DNA of 50,212 bases, taken from the IMG/VR virus record IMGVR_UViG_3300048901_000333, positions 1 through 50,212 of that record; one strand, given 5' to 3'. Within the stretch, counting starts at the first letter, position 1. The number at the start of each line of letters is the position of its first letter. The translations under genes were made by a program, and so were the position numbers. Shown here piece after piece: positions 27,111 through 37,279 of the stretch. The stretch comes from a virus (taxonomy: Duplodnaviria; Caudoviricetes). The notes beneath the pieces were generated by a model. The model saw nothing but the letters and a program-made list of their open reading frames with translations, did no database searches and was not told the origin of the DNA.

Positions 27111-27274
27111 CCCAGCCGCGCCCATGCGCGAGCCACGACGTCGTCGACTGCGCGATCTGCGCCGTCGAGAGGAAGAACCTCGTGCGCGTGCTGAACGAGA
27201 TGCGCGCGAAGCTCGCGCCCGACCATCCCCGACGCGCGCGCATCGAGACCGCGATCGAGAGGCTCTCGCGATGA
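27107..27274 (+). CDS. Hypothetical protein
   Basis: ATGA overlaps at both ends. Confidence 0.55.
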   Translation: MTQPRPCASHDVVDCAICAVERKNLVRVLNEMRAKLAPDHPRRARIETAIERLSR

Positions 27275-27527
27275 GCCGGCGCATCGTCGAGGTGCAGCCC
27301 GGCTTCGCGCAGCGCCGCGCGCTGGTGCCGGCGCCCATCGTCGCCGTCCTCCACAAGGTCGCCTTCACGACAAGCGTGCGCCGGATGGCGAAGGCCGCCG
27401 GCGTCGGTCCGGGATCGATCGAGGAGGCGCTGAGCGGCGGCCGGCTCACGCCGACGGTGATCGCCCGCCTCGAGGCGTACGTCGCGACCCTCACGGCGCC
27501 GCCGGCGCCGGCCGACGAGGCCTCGCC

Positions 27528-27531
<4 letters not shown>
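27271..27531 (+). CDS. HTH protein
   Basis: SVRRMAKAAGVGPGSIEEALSG. Confidence 0.6.
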
Positions 27532-28280
<749 letters not shown>

Positions 28281-28281
<1 letters not shown>

Positions 28282-28505
28282 TGACCCCGCTCGAAATCGA
28301 GAAGATGCGCGCGGAGATCGTCGAGGAGGCGCGCGAGGTCTTCTCCGCGGCGGCCGCGCAGCGCTTCGCGGGCGACTTCGATGCGGCGCGGCGGCTCCAG
28401 GCGGCGGGCCGGCGGCTCCTCTCGCTCGTGGGCGCCTCGGAGGGTGCCCTGCTCTACCTCCTCGAGGACGTCCTCGAGGACGCGCAGGCGCGAGGTGCGG
28501 GATGA
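28281..28505 (+). CDS. Hypothetical protein
   Basis: TGATG and ATGA coupling. Confidence 0.55.
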
Positions 28506-28795
28506 CCGAGCGCCGGATGCCGCTCGAGGCGCAGCGTCGGCGCGCCGCCGTGCTCGAAGCGATCCTCGTCGCGGGCGAGAGCTACGGTCTCGCTATCTCG
28601 CTCTACGTGAAAGACCATCGAGGCTTCACGTTTCGCGGGGGGCCGTACCCGTTGCTCCGGCAGATGGAGCGCGAGGGTCTCCTCACGAGTCGCGAGGCGG
28701 ATGCCACGCCAGAGCGAGGCAACCGTCCGCGCACGTACTACAAGCTCACGCCTGCCGGAGAAGCCGAGCTGCGCAAGCTTCGAGGCTTGTCGTGA
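28502..28795 (+). CDS. PadR-family transcriptional regulator
   Basis: SYGLAI, YPLLRQMEREGLL and RPRTYYKLTPAG. Confidence 0.88.
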   Translation: MTERRMPLEAQRRRAAVLEAILVAGESYGLAISLYVKDHRGFTFRGGPYPLLRQMEREGLLTSREADATPERGNRPRTYYKLTPAGEAELRKLRGLS

Positions 28796-28974
28796 GCCCA
28801 AAGAAGCCGCGCGAGGAGACCCGGTGCGGCTTCTGCGGGCACTTCGAGGACGCGCACTCGGGCGAGATCGTCCCGGGCGGCCTCGCGTTCACCGCGGCGC
28901 GCCCGTGCAATTGCGGGCGCTGCCCGAACTTCATCCCGGCGGTCCTTCCCGGCGCCGCCGGAGCGAAGCGATGA
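28792..28974 (+). CDS. Small Cys/His-rich protein
   Basis: CGFCGH..H...CNCGRC.NF. Confidence 0.55.
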   Translation: MSPKKPREETRCGFCGHFEDAHSGEIVPGGLAFTAARPCNCGRCPNFIPAVLPGAAGAKR

Positions 28975-29270
28975 AGCAGCGCGCATCGTCGCTCGCGCGC
29001 TCGATCGCGGAGGCGCGCGAGCTGCGCGGCATCCCCACGCAGGAGCGCCCGCTCTTCGAGCCGTGGGAGCGGCTGCAGATCCTCACGACGATCGCAGACG
29101 ACCTTCCCGAGGAGCCTCCGTTCGACGCCGTGCGCGAGCTCCTCCTCGCCGCGTGCACCGTCGTCCGCAATTACCAGGGGACGGCGACGCGCGCCGCGGC
29201 CTTCGCGCACGTCGCGCGCGCGCAGGAGCGGCTCCGCGAGCTCGCGAAAAAAAAAGTGAGCGACGGATAA
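28971..29270 (+). CDS. Hypothetical protein
   Basis: ATGA-coupled. Confidence 0.55.
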   Translation: MKQRASSLARSIAEARELRGIPTQERPLFEPWERLQILTTIADDLPEEPPFDAVRELLLAACTVVRNYQGTATRAAAFAHVARAQERLRELAKKKVSDG

Positions 29271-29288
29271 CGACGCGTTCACCACGAC

Positions 29289-29340
29289 TTGACGCGCGTC
29301 GCCCGTGTTTTTGACGACGCGCGTCGTGGATCCGTAACGA
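29289..29340 (+). promoter_or_regulatory. Putative promoter with two GACGCGCGTC palindromes
   Basis: TTGACG at 29289 and 29311, each overlapping a palindrome (29291-29300, 29316-29325). Confidence 0.5.
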
Positions 29341-29364
29341 CAAGAGCGCTACACGAGAGGGGCA

Positions 29365-29529
29365 ATGAAGAAACGCACCGACCGCGTCTTCTACATGAAC
29401 CTCCGCGTCTCCGACGCGGAGCGGACGAAGCTGAAGAAGCTCGCCGCGGCCGAGGGGGAGCCCGCCTCCGCCCTCATCCGCCGGTGGATTCGTCAGCGCT
29501 ACGAAGCGGCGTTCGGCACCGAGCGCTGA
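29365..29529 (+). CDS. 54-aa RHH (CopG/Arc-like) regulator
   Basis: MNLRVSDAERTKLKKLAAAEGEPASALIRRWI; GAGAGG SD. Confidence 0.75.
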   Translation: MKKRTDRVFYMNLRVSDAERTKLKKLAAAEGEPASALIRRWIRQRYEAAFGTER

Positions 29530-29610
29530 GTCGAATCAAGTCGCCCCCGCGCACTGCGCTAACAGCGCGCGAGGGCTTGGCACGCACCTTCACAGGAAAG
29601 GCACGCACCC

Positions 29611-30684
29611 ATGTCCACCGTACTGCAGTTCTCCCGCGCGACGAAGAAGCAGCTCCACCTCCGCATGGCCCTCGCCGGGCCGCCCGGCTCCGGCAAGACG
29701 TACTCCGCGCTCAACGTCGCGAAGTTTCTCCCGGGCCCGATCGCCGTCATCGACACGGAAAGCCGCTCGGCGTCGAAGTACGCCGACCTCTTCGAGTTCG
29801 ATGTCCTCGAGCTCGATCACCACGCGCCCCAGGCCTACGTCGCGGCCATCCACGCCGCGGCGGCCGCCGGCTACCAGACGCTGATCATCGACTCGCTGAG
29901 CCACGCCTGGATGGGCAACGACGGCGCGCTCGAGCAGGTCGATCGCATCGCGGCGAACGCGAAGAACAGCTTCCAGGCGTGGGGCCAGGTGACGCCCGCG
30001 CACAACGAGATGCTCCGCGCGATCCTCGCCGCGCCGATGCACGTCATCGCGACGATGCGATCGAAGATGGCGTACGTCGTCGAGCCGAACGAGCGCGGTC
30101 AGCAGGTCCCCCGCAAGGTGGGGCTGCAGCCGGTGCAGCGCGACGGGGTCGAGTTCGAGTTCGACGTCGTTGGCGACCTGAACCAAGACAACATCCTCAC
30201 CGTCACGAAGAGCCGCTGCCCGGCGATGAGCGGGCGCAGCTTCCGCCGTCCCGGCCGCGAGGTCGCCGAGGAGCTCACCAAGTGGCTCACGCGCGGCGAG
30301 ATCGTCCACGTCAATGAGCCCGCCCCTGCCCCGCCCGCGCCGGCGCGCTTCGTCACCGCCGGGCCGTCCGCCGCCGAGCTGCGCGAGAGCGTCGCGGCGT
30401 TCATGACTCCGAAGGAGCAGGACCTCGTCGCGAAGTACACGAAGCGTTTCGTCGAGTCGAAGACGCTGAGCGAGCTCCGCTCGATCCGCCAGATGTGCGT
30501 GAGGGAGGCGGGCGGCCCGGCCGCGAGCCCCGCCTTTCAGCGCTGGTACATCGAGGCGGCCCGGCAGGCCGAGGGCGGGATCGGCGCCGTCGAGGGCCCG
30601 GGCACCGCGAAGGCGCCGCCCCCTCCCCCTCCGCCGCCGGCGGCGGGCGCGCAGATGCCGACCCAGCGGGCGGTGTCGCGATGA
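29611..30684 (+). CDS. AAA_24 ATPase (Sak4-like recombination protein)
   Basis: GPPGSGKT, IDTE, LIIDSLSHAW and EFEFD. Confidence 0.88.
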   Translation: MSTVLQFSRATKKQLHLRMALAGPPGSGKTYSALNVAKFLPGPIAVIDTESRSASKYADLFEFDVLELDHHAPQAYVAAIHAAAAAGYQTLIIDSLSHAWMGNDGALEQVDRIAANAKNSFQAWGQVTPAHNEMLRAILAAPMHVIATMRSKMAYVVEPNERGQQVPRKVGLQPVQRDGVEFEFDVVGDLNQDNILTVTKSRCPAMSGRSFRRPGREVAEELTKWLTRGEIVHVNEPAPAPPAPARFVTAGPSAAELRESVAAFMTPKEQDLVAKYTKRFVESKTLSELRSIRQMCVREAGGPAASPAFQRWYIEAARQAEGGIGAVEGPGTAKAPPPPPPPPAAGAQMPTQRAVSR

Positions 30685-31958
30685 AGCTCACGCGGCTGAC
30701 CGGGTCGCTCGCGGCCCTCGTGCACCACTGCACGCACCTCCTCGGCGACGACGTCGCCTGGAACGAGACCCCCGACGGCGCGAAGGAGCGCGCGAAGGGC
30801 ATCGCGACCCACCGCATGCTCGCCGCCGTTGCGAACGACGGCGTCCTCGAGACGTCCGATGACGACGACGTCCGGGCGCTGTACGCCGCCGGCCGCGCGT
30901 GGATGGACGAGCGCGTGAAGGCGATGGGCGCGCGGCGCCCCGTCTGGCGCGGCGAGGTCGCCCTCGCCTACGACCCGTCGGCCGACACCGCGCGCGAGCT
31001 CGTCGACCCGCCCGGCGCGGCCCCGCGCTGGTACGCCGTCCCCGAGCTCCGCGCCGCGTACGCCGGGCCCGGGGGGCCGGTGCGCGACACGGAGATCTGC
31101 ATGCGCCTCGACCTCGCGGCGATGGGGATGGACGAGGACGGGGCGTTCGCGTGGATCGCCGACTACAAGTGCCACTTCGGGCCCGATGCGATCTCGGCGA
31201 AGGACCAGCTCGAGCTCGCGGCCGTCGCCGCGGCGCGCGCCTGGAACGTCGATCGCGTGAAGGTCGTGGGTGTGCACCTCTGGACCGACCGCCCGACCGT
31301 CGAGGAGCCATACGAGCTCACGGCGTTCGGGCTCGACGACGTCGCCCGCTTCTACGCCGAGCTCGCCGCGGCACCGGCGCCGGGCGAGGCGAACGACGGG
31401 CCCTGGTGCACCTCGAGGCACTGCAAGGCGCGGGCGACGTGCCCGCGCACGCAGGAGGCGGCGAAGGAGCTCGAGGCGCTCATCCCCGCCGAGCAGCTCA
31501 CGCGCGGGCGCAGCGTGACCGCCCCCCTCGTCACGAACGAGGACGGGGCGCAGCGGCTCGTGACGCTGCAGCTCCTCGAGGAGATGGTCGCCGTCGCCTG
31601 GAAGGACCTGAAGGCCTTCGCCGACGCGCAGGGGGGCATCCTCACGCGGACCGGCGAGGTGTACAGCGGCAAGGACGAGCCGGCCGAATCCCCGAACCTC
31701 GCCGCCGCCGGCGCCGTCGAGGTCCTCGAGAAGCTCGGGCTCGACTTCGCGATCAAGCAGGCGACGAGCTTCGAGGCCATCAAGGCGATCGGCGGCCAGC
31801 CGCGGGTCGACGAAGCGCGGGCGAAGCTCCGCGCGATCGGCGCCCTGAAGGTGAGCGCGCGACGCGTGTACAAGGCGCGGGCGCAGGCGGCGCTCCGCGC
31901 GCTCGTGCCGGCCCTCGTCGCCGGCGAGCCGGCGAACGGCGAAAGGCGGGCATCGTGA
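30681..31958 (+). CDS. PD-(D/E)xK exonuclease (Cas4/RecB-like)
   Basis: G...H, E, RLD, DYK, QL and C-terminal CxxxCxxxxxCP; partner of Sak4. Confidence 0.75.
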   Translation: MKLTRLTGSLAALVHHCTHLLGDDVAWNETPDGAKERAKGIATHRMLAAVANDGVLETSDDDDVRALYAAGRAWMDERVKAMGARRPVWRGEVALAYDPSADTARELVDPPGAAPRWYAVPELRAAYAGPGGPVRDTEICMRLDLAAMGMDEDGAFAWIADYKCHFGPDAISAKDQLELAAVAAARAWNVDRVKVVGVHLWTDRPTVEEPYELTAFGLDDVARFYAELAAAPAPGEANDGPWCTSRHCKARATCPRTQEAAKELEALIPAEQLTRGRSVTAPLVTNEDGAQRLVTLQLLEEMVAVAWKDLKAFADAQGGILTRTGEVYSGKDEPAESPNLAAAGAVEVLEKLGLDFAIKQATSFEAIKAIGGQPRVDEARAKLRAIGALKVSARRVYKARAQAALRALVPALVAGEPANGERRAS

Positions 31959-32182
31959 GCTGGCGTCGGCAGGCCCTCACCTTCGCGCGAATCCACGCCG
32001 CGTGCGCGCGCCTTCACGCGCTCACGGCGATCCGTCTCGTCCAGGAGCTCCGCGACGCGGCGCGCGCCGGCGACGTGGCCTCGGCGTGGCAGTGCGCGCT
32101 CCGTCTCGAGGAATACCGCGCCCTCGCCCGCGAGGACCGCCGGCAGGCCGCGGCGTACGCGGCGATCGGGAGGTCCTCGTGA
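31955..32182 (+). CDS. Hypothetical protein
   Basis: GTGA-coupled. Confidence 0.5.
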   Translation: MSWRRQALTFARIHAACARLHALTAIRLVQELRDAARAGDVASAWQCALRLEEYRALAREDRRQAAAYAAIGRSS

Positions 32183-32370
32183 GCGCCGCCCTTCGTTCGC
32201 TCGCGATCGCGCGGCTCCGCGCGCGCACGGAGAAGGCGCACGCGAGCTCGTCGCTCCTCGCCCGGCGGTTCGGCCCGGCGTCGCCGCTCGAGGCCGAGCT
32301 CTGCAACCACGTCGAGGAGCTCGCGGACATCGTCTGGAAGCTCCTCGACGTCCTCGAGGGCCGGCCATGA
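32179..32370 (+). CDS. Hypothetical protein
   Basis: GTGA-coupled, GGAGG SD. Confidence 0.55.
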   Translation: MSAALRSLAIARLRARTEKAHASSSLLARRFGPASPLEAELCNHVEELADIVWKLLDVLEGRP

Positions 32371-32618
32371 CCGACCTCGAGAAGAAGAAGCACCTCGCGC
32401 GGCTGCGCGGGAAGGTCGAGGTCACGCTCGGCGCCGTCGGCTTCCTCGAGCAGCGCCTCGAGGAAGCGGCGCGCGCCGCCGACGACGGCGAGCTCGCCGA
32501 GGAGCTCGCGCAGGCGGAGGGCTGGGCGCTCGAGGCGCTCGAGGGGACGCGCGAGGTCCTCGGCGAGGCCTCGGCGCTCCGCACCGCGGTGGTGCAGGAG
32601 ACGGAGGGACGACGATGA
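32367..32618 (+). CDS. Hypothetical helical protein
   Basis: ATGA-coupled. Confidence 0.6.
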   Translation: MTDLEKKKHLARLRGKVEVTLGAVGFLEQRLEEAARAADDGELAEELAQAEGWALEALEGTREVLGEASALRTAVVQETEGRR

Positions 32619-32971
32619 AGAGGTCGAAGGTGATCACCGGTATCGCAGCGCAGATCGAGGACGGGACGAAGCGCCTGAACGAGCTCGGGAAGAAGCTCGG
32701 CGAAGCGGGGATCGGGGAGCAGTACGACGCGCTCGACCGCGAGATCACGGGACTCCTCTGGCGCTACTTCGGGGCGAACGAGGAGGCGCAGAAGATCGCG
32801 CGCGAGGATCGCAAGATCCGCCGAGCCGTCGCGAAGGTGGAGAAGCCTGCGAAGCGGCGCTCGAAGGCCCTCACGCGCGGGCCCTGCGCGGCCTGCGGCA
32901 AGCCCGTCGGTCTCGACGACGCGTGCCGAAACCCGCGCTGCACCATTGGTGCGCTCCTCGGGGCACGATGA
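32615..32971 (+). CDS. Hypothetical protein with a C-terminal zinc ribbon
   Basis: CAACG...CRNPRC. Confidence 0.6.
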   Translation: MKRSKVITGIAAQIEDGTKRLNELGKKLGEAGIGEQYDALDREITGLLWRYFGANEEAQKIAREDRKIRRAVAKVEKPAKRRSKALTRGPCAACGKPVGLDDACRNPRCTIGALLGAR

Positions 32972-33267
32972 CCTCCCCGAACGTCACCCTCAGCGTCCGC
33001 ATCCCGAATCGGTGGATGCGGACGCTGCAGCTCCTGGCGCAGCGCCACGGCGCGACGCCGGAGCAGGTCGCCGAGGAGATCCTCGCCAACGAGCTCGAGC
33101 TCCAACGCTGCCGCAAGTGCGGGTGCACCCAGCTCGAGGCGTGCCCCGAGGGGTGCTCCTGGGTCGCCGAGGACCTGTGCTCGGCGTGCGTGCCCGCGCC
33201 CAAGGTGCGCGCTGCCCCTCTCAGGTCCAAGCCCGATTCCCCGAAACGCCCCCGGTCGCGACGATGA
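32968..33267 (+). CDS. RHH plus Cys-rich domain protein
   Basis: VTLSVRIP...LQLLAQRHG plus CRKCGCT...CSWV..DLCSAC. Confidence 0.6.
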   Translation: MTSPNVTLSVRIPNRWMRTLQLLAQRHGATPEQVAEEILANELELQRCRKCGCTQLEACPEGCSWVAEDLCSACVPAPKVRAAPLRSKPDSPKRPRSRR

Positions 33268-33275
33268 GGTGCCCC

Positions 33276-33866
33276 ATGACGTCCCCTGCCCCCTGGTTCG
33301 CCGTTGCCCTCCTCACCCTCGCCGCCTGCTCGAGCAGCTCGTCGACGTCGGCGGAGGACGACGGGGGCGCGCCGGCCGTCGGCTCCCCCGGGCCCGACGC
33401 CGCGGCGACGGCCGACGGCGACGTCGCCGGCGACGACCAGGGCGACGCCGGCGCGGGGGACGCGAGCTCGCCTCGAGGCGACGGCGGCGGGCCGGTGGTC
33501 GTCGACGCCGCGGGGCACGACGCGACGCCGCCTGACGCGGCCCATACGCCGCTTGTCGCGTACTGCTACTTCGCGACGACCAACACCGAGACGGAGCTGT
33601 GCGGGGACAACCATTCTGTCTTCGTCCAGTGCGGCCCGGGTCTAGCGACACGGTGGTCATGCTTCCTCGACGCAGGCGCAAACCCATGCCCGACCCCCAC
33701 GACCTGCGCCGAGGCAGACCCTTCGAACACAAAGACGGGGCTCGCCTACGGCGAGACGACCCACTCGTGCGATCGGGACGTCGACTGCAGCGACATGAAC
33801 GCTTACGAGGAGGACGCCGGCTCGCCCGTGCGCTTCACGTGCAAGGCGAACGTCTGCAGGTCCTAG
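33276..33866 (+). CDS. Cys-rich lipoprotein with a DAG/DGG linker
   Basis: Lipobox LAAC, low-complexity Asp/Ala/Gly stalk, Cys-rich head. Confidence 0.75.
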   Translation: MTSPAPWFAVALLTLAACSSSSSTSAEDDGGAPAVGSPGPDAAATADGDVAGDDQGDAGAGDASSPRGDGGGPVVVDAAGHDATPPDAAHTPLVAYCYFATTNTETELCGDNHSVFVQCGPGLATRWSCFLDAGANPCPTPTTCAEADPSNTKTGLAYGETTHSCDRDVDCSDMNAYEEDAGSPVRFTCKANVCRS

Positions 33867-34579
33867 GCGTTCGCCGTCCGTAGCCGCGCGGGCACCGTCT
33901 GCCCCGTCGCCGCGTATGCGGCGAGGAGCACGCTCCGCACGTCGAGCTCGTCGACGCCGCCGCCGGCGAGGGCCACGACGGCGCGCTTCGCGAGCTCGAG
34001 GTTCGCGGCGTTGCGCCGCCGGAACGAGTCGTTTTCGCCGTGCTCGTTCATCTGACACGACGCCGGCGCGCCGTGGGGCACGGCGACCGCGGCCCAGCGG
34101 CCCGCGTTCACCGCGGTGCAGAAGTTCGGCCAGTGCACCCACGCCCCCGCGCCGATGGCCCAGGTGATCGAGCTGATAAGCATCTGCCCGGGCGCGGGGA
34201 AGGCGTCCCAGCCGGGGAAGAAGCGCCGGATGCCCGCCTCGTTCTGGAGCAGCTTGCGTTGCGCGGCGCGCTCGACACTCTCGGGCGTCGCGCGCAGGCG
34301 CGGCGGGACGCGCTCGAGGAACTTCGCCCCTCCGAGTTTCCCGAGCGCGCGCTTCGACTTCACGAGGCTCCACTGCACCGAGACCTCTTCGGACGTCGCG
34401 AGCTCGCCGTCGGAGATCCGCCGGAACTCGATGTCCATGGCGGCGAGGAGCTGCACCGGGTCGGCGAGGAGGCCCGGGCCGATCGTCACCCACCCCGCAA
34501 CGTCGGGGTAGAGCGAGAGGAGGTCCGACTCGAAGTCCGTCGTGAACGTCCACCATCCGCCGAGCACGACTTGGCGCAT
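33863..34579 (-). CDS. Endolysin, T4-lysozyme/GH24-like
   Basis: E-x8-D-x5-T triad in FESDLLSLYPDVAGWVTIGPG; C-terminal RRRN. Confidence 0.75.
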   Translation of the reverse strand: MRQVVLGGWWTFTTDFESDLLSLYPDVAGWVTIGPGLLADPVQLLAAMDIEFRRISDGELATSEEVSVQWSLVKSKRALGKLGGAKFLERVPPRLRATPESVERAAQRKLLQNEAGIRRFFPGWDAFPAPGQMLISSITWAIGAGAWVHWPNFCTAVNAGRWAAVAVPHGAPASCQMNEHGENDSFRRRNAANLELAKRAVVALAGGGVDELDVRSVLLAAYAATGQTVPARLRTANA

Positions 34580-34589
34580 GCGGGGTCTT

Positions 34590-34814
34590 TCAGTGCGCGG
34601 CCGCGCGCAGGGCGCGGCGTCGTGAGGGCGTGAGGCGCGGCGGCCCATGGAGCCGCCGGCGACGCGGGGCTCGGCGAGGGGCGAAGCTTCGCGCCCGGGC
34701 GTCCTCGAAGAGGAACGCCGTCGCGAGGGCGTCGTCGGGCGACGGCGCGTCGACGTGGTACTCGCGCACGTCGACGCCGGCGGCCGCCACGGTGACGACG
34801 ATCGCGGGCTTCAT
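34590..34814 (-). CDS. Hypothetical protein
   Basis: ATGA-coupled. Confidence 0.45.
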   Translation of the reverse strand: MKPAIVVTVAAAGVDVREYHVDAPSPDDALATAFLFEDARARSFAPRRAPRRRRLHGPPRLTPSRRRALRAAAH

Positions 34815-35092
34815 GGGCACGCGAAGAACGGCGACTTGCAGGCCGCGATCGCGTCCTTCGTCGGCGCCGCGTTGGCGACGCATGCGACCTTCTCGTGCGT
34901 CGTGTGGTTTTCGCTGATCCCCCGCTCGACGCGGTCGGCGCACAGCGGGTTTTTGCCGAGGGGGCAGCCGGCCTTCTCGAGGGTCGCGCACGCCGCACTC
35001 GACACCGAGGCGTCGGGCGATGGCGTGACGGTGCTCGGCGTGCACGCAGCGATTGCGATCGCGCTGAGGAGGAGAGCGACGCGGGCCTTCAT
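34811..35092 (-). CDS. Small Cys-rich lipoprotein (o-spanin candidate)
   Basis: MKARVALLLSAIAIAAC lipobox; in the lysis cluster. Confidence 0.65.
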   Translation of the reverse strand: MKARVALLLSAIAIAACTPSTVTPSPDASVSSAACATLEKAGCPLGKNPLCADRVERGISENHTTHEKVACVANAAPTKDAIAACKSPFFACP

Positions 35093-35976
35093 GTGGACCC
35101 GTCCCCCAGCCCGTGGCCGTGGAAGCCCGCGGCCATCTTCACCGGCGCCACCTTCGCCCGGAAGCGCCAGGCCTCGAGGCACGCCTGACGGAGCCACCGC
35201 CCGGTGACCCAGGCGCCGCCCTCGTCCCCGAACTCCTCCGACCAAGACGAGTCGAGGAGAAAGACGAGCGAACCGTCCGGCATCGTCGCGTACGCGAGGC
35301 ACGCCACGTCGTGCCCGTCGTCGCTCGTGAAGCCCGAGGCGTCGTCGACGGGGGCGTCGCCCTGCTTCCAGTACATGAAGGCGTGGTTCGCGTGGATGCC
35401 GAGGTCGACGCCGACCTCGTAGACGCCGATCGAGGCGGCGACCTGGTCGAGGAAGTCCTCGGCGAGGGGGTCGAGGTGCTCGGGCCCGAGCACCATGTGG
35501 AGCGCGCCCTCGAGGTCCTCGGCGAGCGTGGGGCGGAGGCCGACGTTGTCCAAAGTCACGTCGGAAAATCGGCCGTCGATCGCCTTCTCCGTCATGGGGC
35601 GAACGCCCTCGCGCGCGATCGCCGTGATGACGTCGCCGATGCTCGCCCCGTCGTCGGCGAGCTCGCCGTCGCCCGGCTGCTCCTCGCTGCGCGCGTCTGC
35701 GTAGATGCTGCGCGGGCTGGGGATGAAGCCGGGGGCCTCGCCGCTCTTTGCGAGCTCGAGGGCCATCGCGACGTAGACGAGAAGAGCGGTCGCATGGCCC
35801 GTACAGCTCGCCGTCTCCCCCTGGTCGAACACCGGCGGGCGGAAGTGGCGGAGCGAGGCGCTTGGAGGGTATGCCGGCGCCGGCGTCGTCGGGTGGAGCG
35901 CGCCGAAGCGGAGCTTCGTGTGGAGGGGCGTCGGCTTGAGGCCGCGCGCACGAACGGGAGGGGGGTGGCGGCTCAC
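35089..35976 (-). CDS. Papain-like (C1) cysteine peptidase
   Basis: DQGETASC, GHDV and DSSWSEEFGDEG. Confidence 0.8.
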   Translation of the reverse strand: MSRHPPPVRARGLKPTPLHTKLRFGALHPTTPAPAYPPSASLRHFRPPVFDQGETASCTGHATALLVYVAMALELAKSGEAPGFIPSPRSIYADARSEEQPGDGELADDGASIGDVITAIAREGVRPMTEKAIDGRFSDVTLDNVGLRPTLAEDLEGALHMVLGPEHLDPLAEDFLDQVAASIGVYEVGVDLGIHANHAFMYWKQGDAPVDDASGFTSDDGHDVACLAYATMPDGSLVFLLDSSWSEEFGDEGGAWVTGRWLRQACLEAWRFRAKVAPVKMAAGFHGHGLGDGST

Positions 35977-36842
35977 GGGTGCCCCACTTGCGCGCGGAGC
36001 GCCCCCATCTTCGCCGGGCTCGCCTGCGCCTCGCGCGCGATGGGCTTGTAGCGCGCGGCGTGCGGATCGTCGGTCCCGACGACCCAGGCGACGACGTCGG
36101 CGACGGTGCGGATGCCCTGCGCGAGGCAGCCCGCGAGCGATGCGCACACGAAGGTGGCGAAGTCGGCTTCGGGGTTCTCCTCGGCGATGGCGGCCTCGCA
36201 CTGCGCGAGCCGCTTGGCATCGTCGGGCGAGTCAGCGCCCTTGAACACGCCGCACGCGCCGAGCGAGAGCGCGACGATCGACACGCACGCCATGCTCGAG
36301 AGCGTGGCGAAGGCGCGCGGCCGCTTGCCCATCGCGACGTTGCCGGAGATCGCCGCCGGCGGCGCAGGGTTCCGGGCGAAGAAGTCGCGAATCGCGGTGA
36401 GCAGCGCGAGCGGCTCGATGCCCGCGCGCCGGAACAGGTTGGCCACCTTCGCGAGGAAAGGGTTCCGCTCGGCCCAGGCGTCGACGTCCTTGGGGGTGAA
36501 GAGATGGAAGAGCAAGTTCACGAGGAACGTGAGCGCGGCCCATGTGCCGAGGGCCCACGCGGGCCAGGTGAGCTTCGGCTGCGGCGCGATCGCCTCGGGG
36601 TCGGGGTTCGGGGTCGGCTGGGAGCGGTAGCTCGCCCAGGTCGCGCGGTTCTCATACGCGTCGTTTGCCGCCCATCCGCCGAAGGCCGCGATCGGGGTAT
36701 CATCGAAGTGCATCGATACGACCGTTGGGGGCGAGTCCGGTGCAGGGGGCGGCCCGGGTTCGGAGCCGGGCGAGGAGCCCGCCAGAGCGCCGAGGCCGAT
36801 GGCGGCGACGGCGGCGAAGAGGAAGGTCGAGAGGCGCGTCAT
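35973..36842 (-). CDS. Membrane protein with a signal-like N-terminus, an internal TM and an internal lipobox (holin/spanin-like)
   Basis: Three hydrophobic segments; VALSLGAC. Confidence 0.55.
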   Translation of the reverse strand: MTRLSTFLFAAVAAIGLGALAGSSPGSEPGPPPAPDSPPTVVSMHFDDTPIAAFGGWAANDAYENRATWASYRSQPTPNPDPEAIAPQPKLTWPAWALGTWAALTFLVNLLFHLFTPKDVDAWAERNPFLAKVANLFRRAGIEPLALLTAIRDFFARNPAPPAAISGNVAMGKRPRAFATLSSMACVSIVALSLGACGVFKGADSPDDAKRLAQCEAAIAEENPEADFATFVCASLAGCLAQGIRTVADVVAWVVGTDDPHAARYKPIAREAQASPAKMGALRAQVGHP

Positions 36843-36853
36843 GGGCTTCCCTT

Positions 36854-37255
36854 TCAATGCAGGAGCAAATGGCTCACGAGGTTCGCGACGAAGATCCCGA
36901 GCAGCGCGGCCCAGACCTTCCATTCCTTGAACTTCTTCAGGCGCTCGGCGGTGACCTGGTCGACCGGCACCATCGACGTGCCCGCGGGGAGCTCGGAGCC
37001 CGGCGGCCGCGAGGAGACGAGCACCATGGGCGGCTCGCTCACGTGCGGGACAGCGGAGTGCGTCAAGAGCTCGGCGATGCGCTTCTCGTCGCGCTCGACC
37101 GAGGCGAGGCGCAGCGCCTCCTCCAGGTCGCGCTTGAGACGATGGTTCTCCTCGAGGAGCGTATTGATGTACGTCGAGGTCGAACGCGGGGCGTCGACTT
37201 CCTCGGCCCGCGGCGAGACCGGCGTTTGCTCGAGCGTCTTCGGGTCCTCGGCCAT
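36854..37255 (-). CDS. Coiled-coil protein with a C-terminal TM (holin-like)
   Basis: VWAALLGIFVANLVSHLLL; first gene of the lysis cluster. Confidence 0.55.
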   Translation of the reverse strand: MAEDPKTLEQTPVSPRAEEVDAPRSTSTYINTLLEENHRLKRDLEEALRLASVERDEKRIAELLTHSAVPHVSEPPMVLVSSRPPGSELPAGTSMVPVDQVTAERLKKFKEWKVWAALLGIFVANLVSHLLLH

Positions 37256-37279
37256 CGCGCCGGGGAAGGTAGACGGGCG

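Noticed and set aside
30681-31958. Cas4-like gene as part of a CRISPR system
   Set aside because: No array or other cas genes; pairing with Sak4 indicates a recombination module
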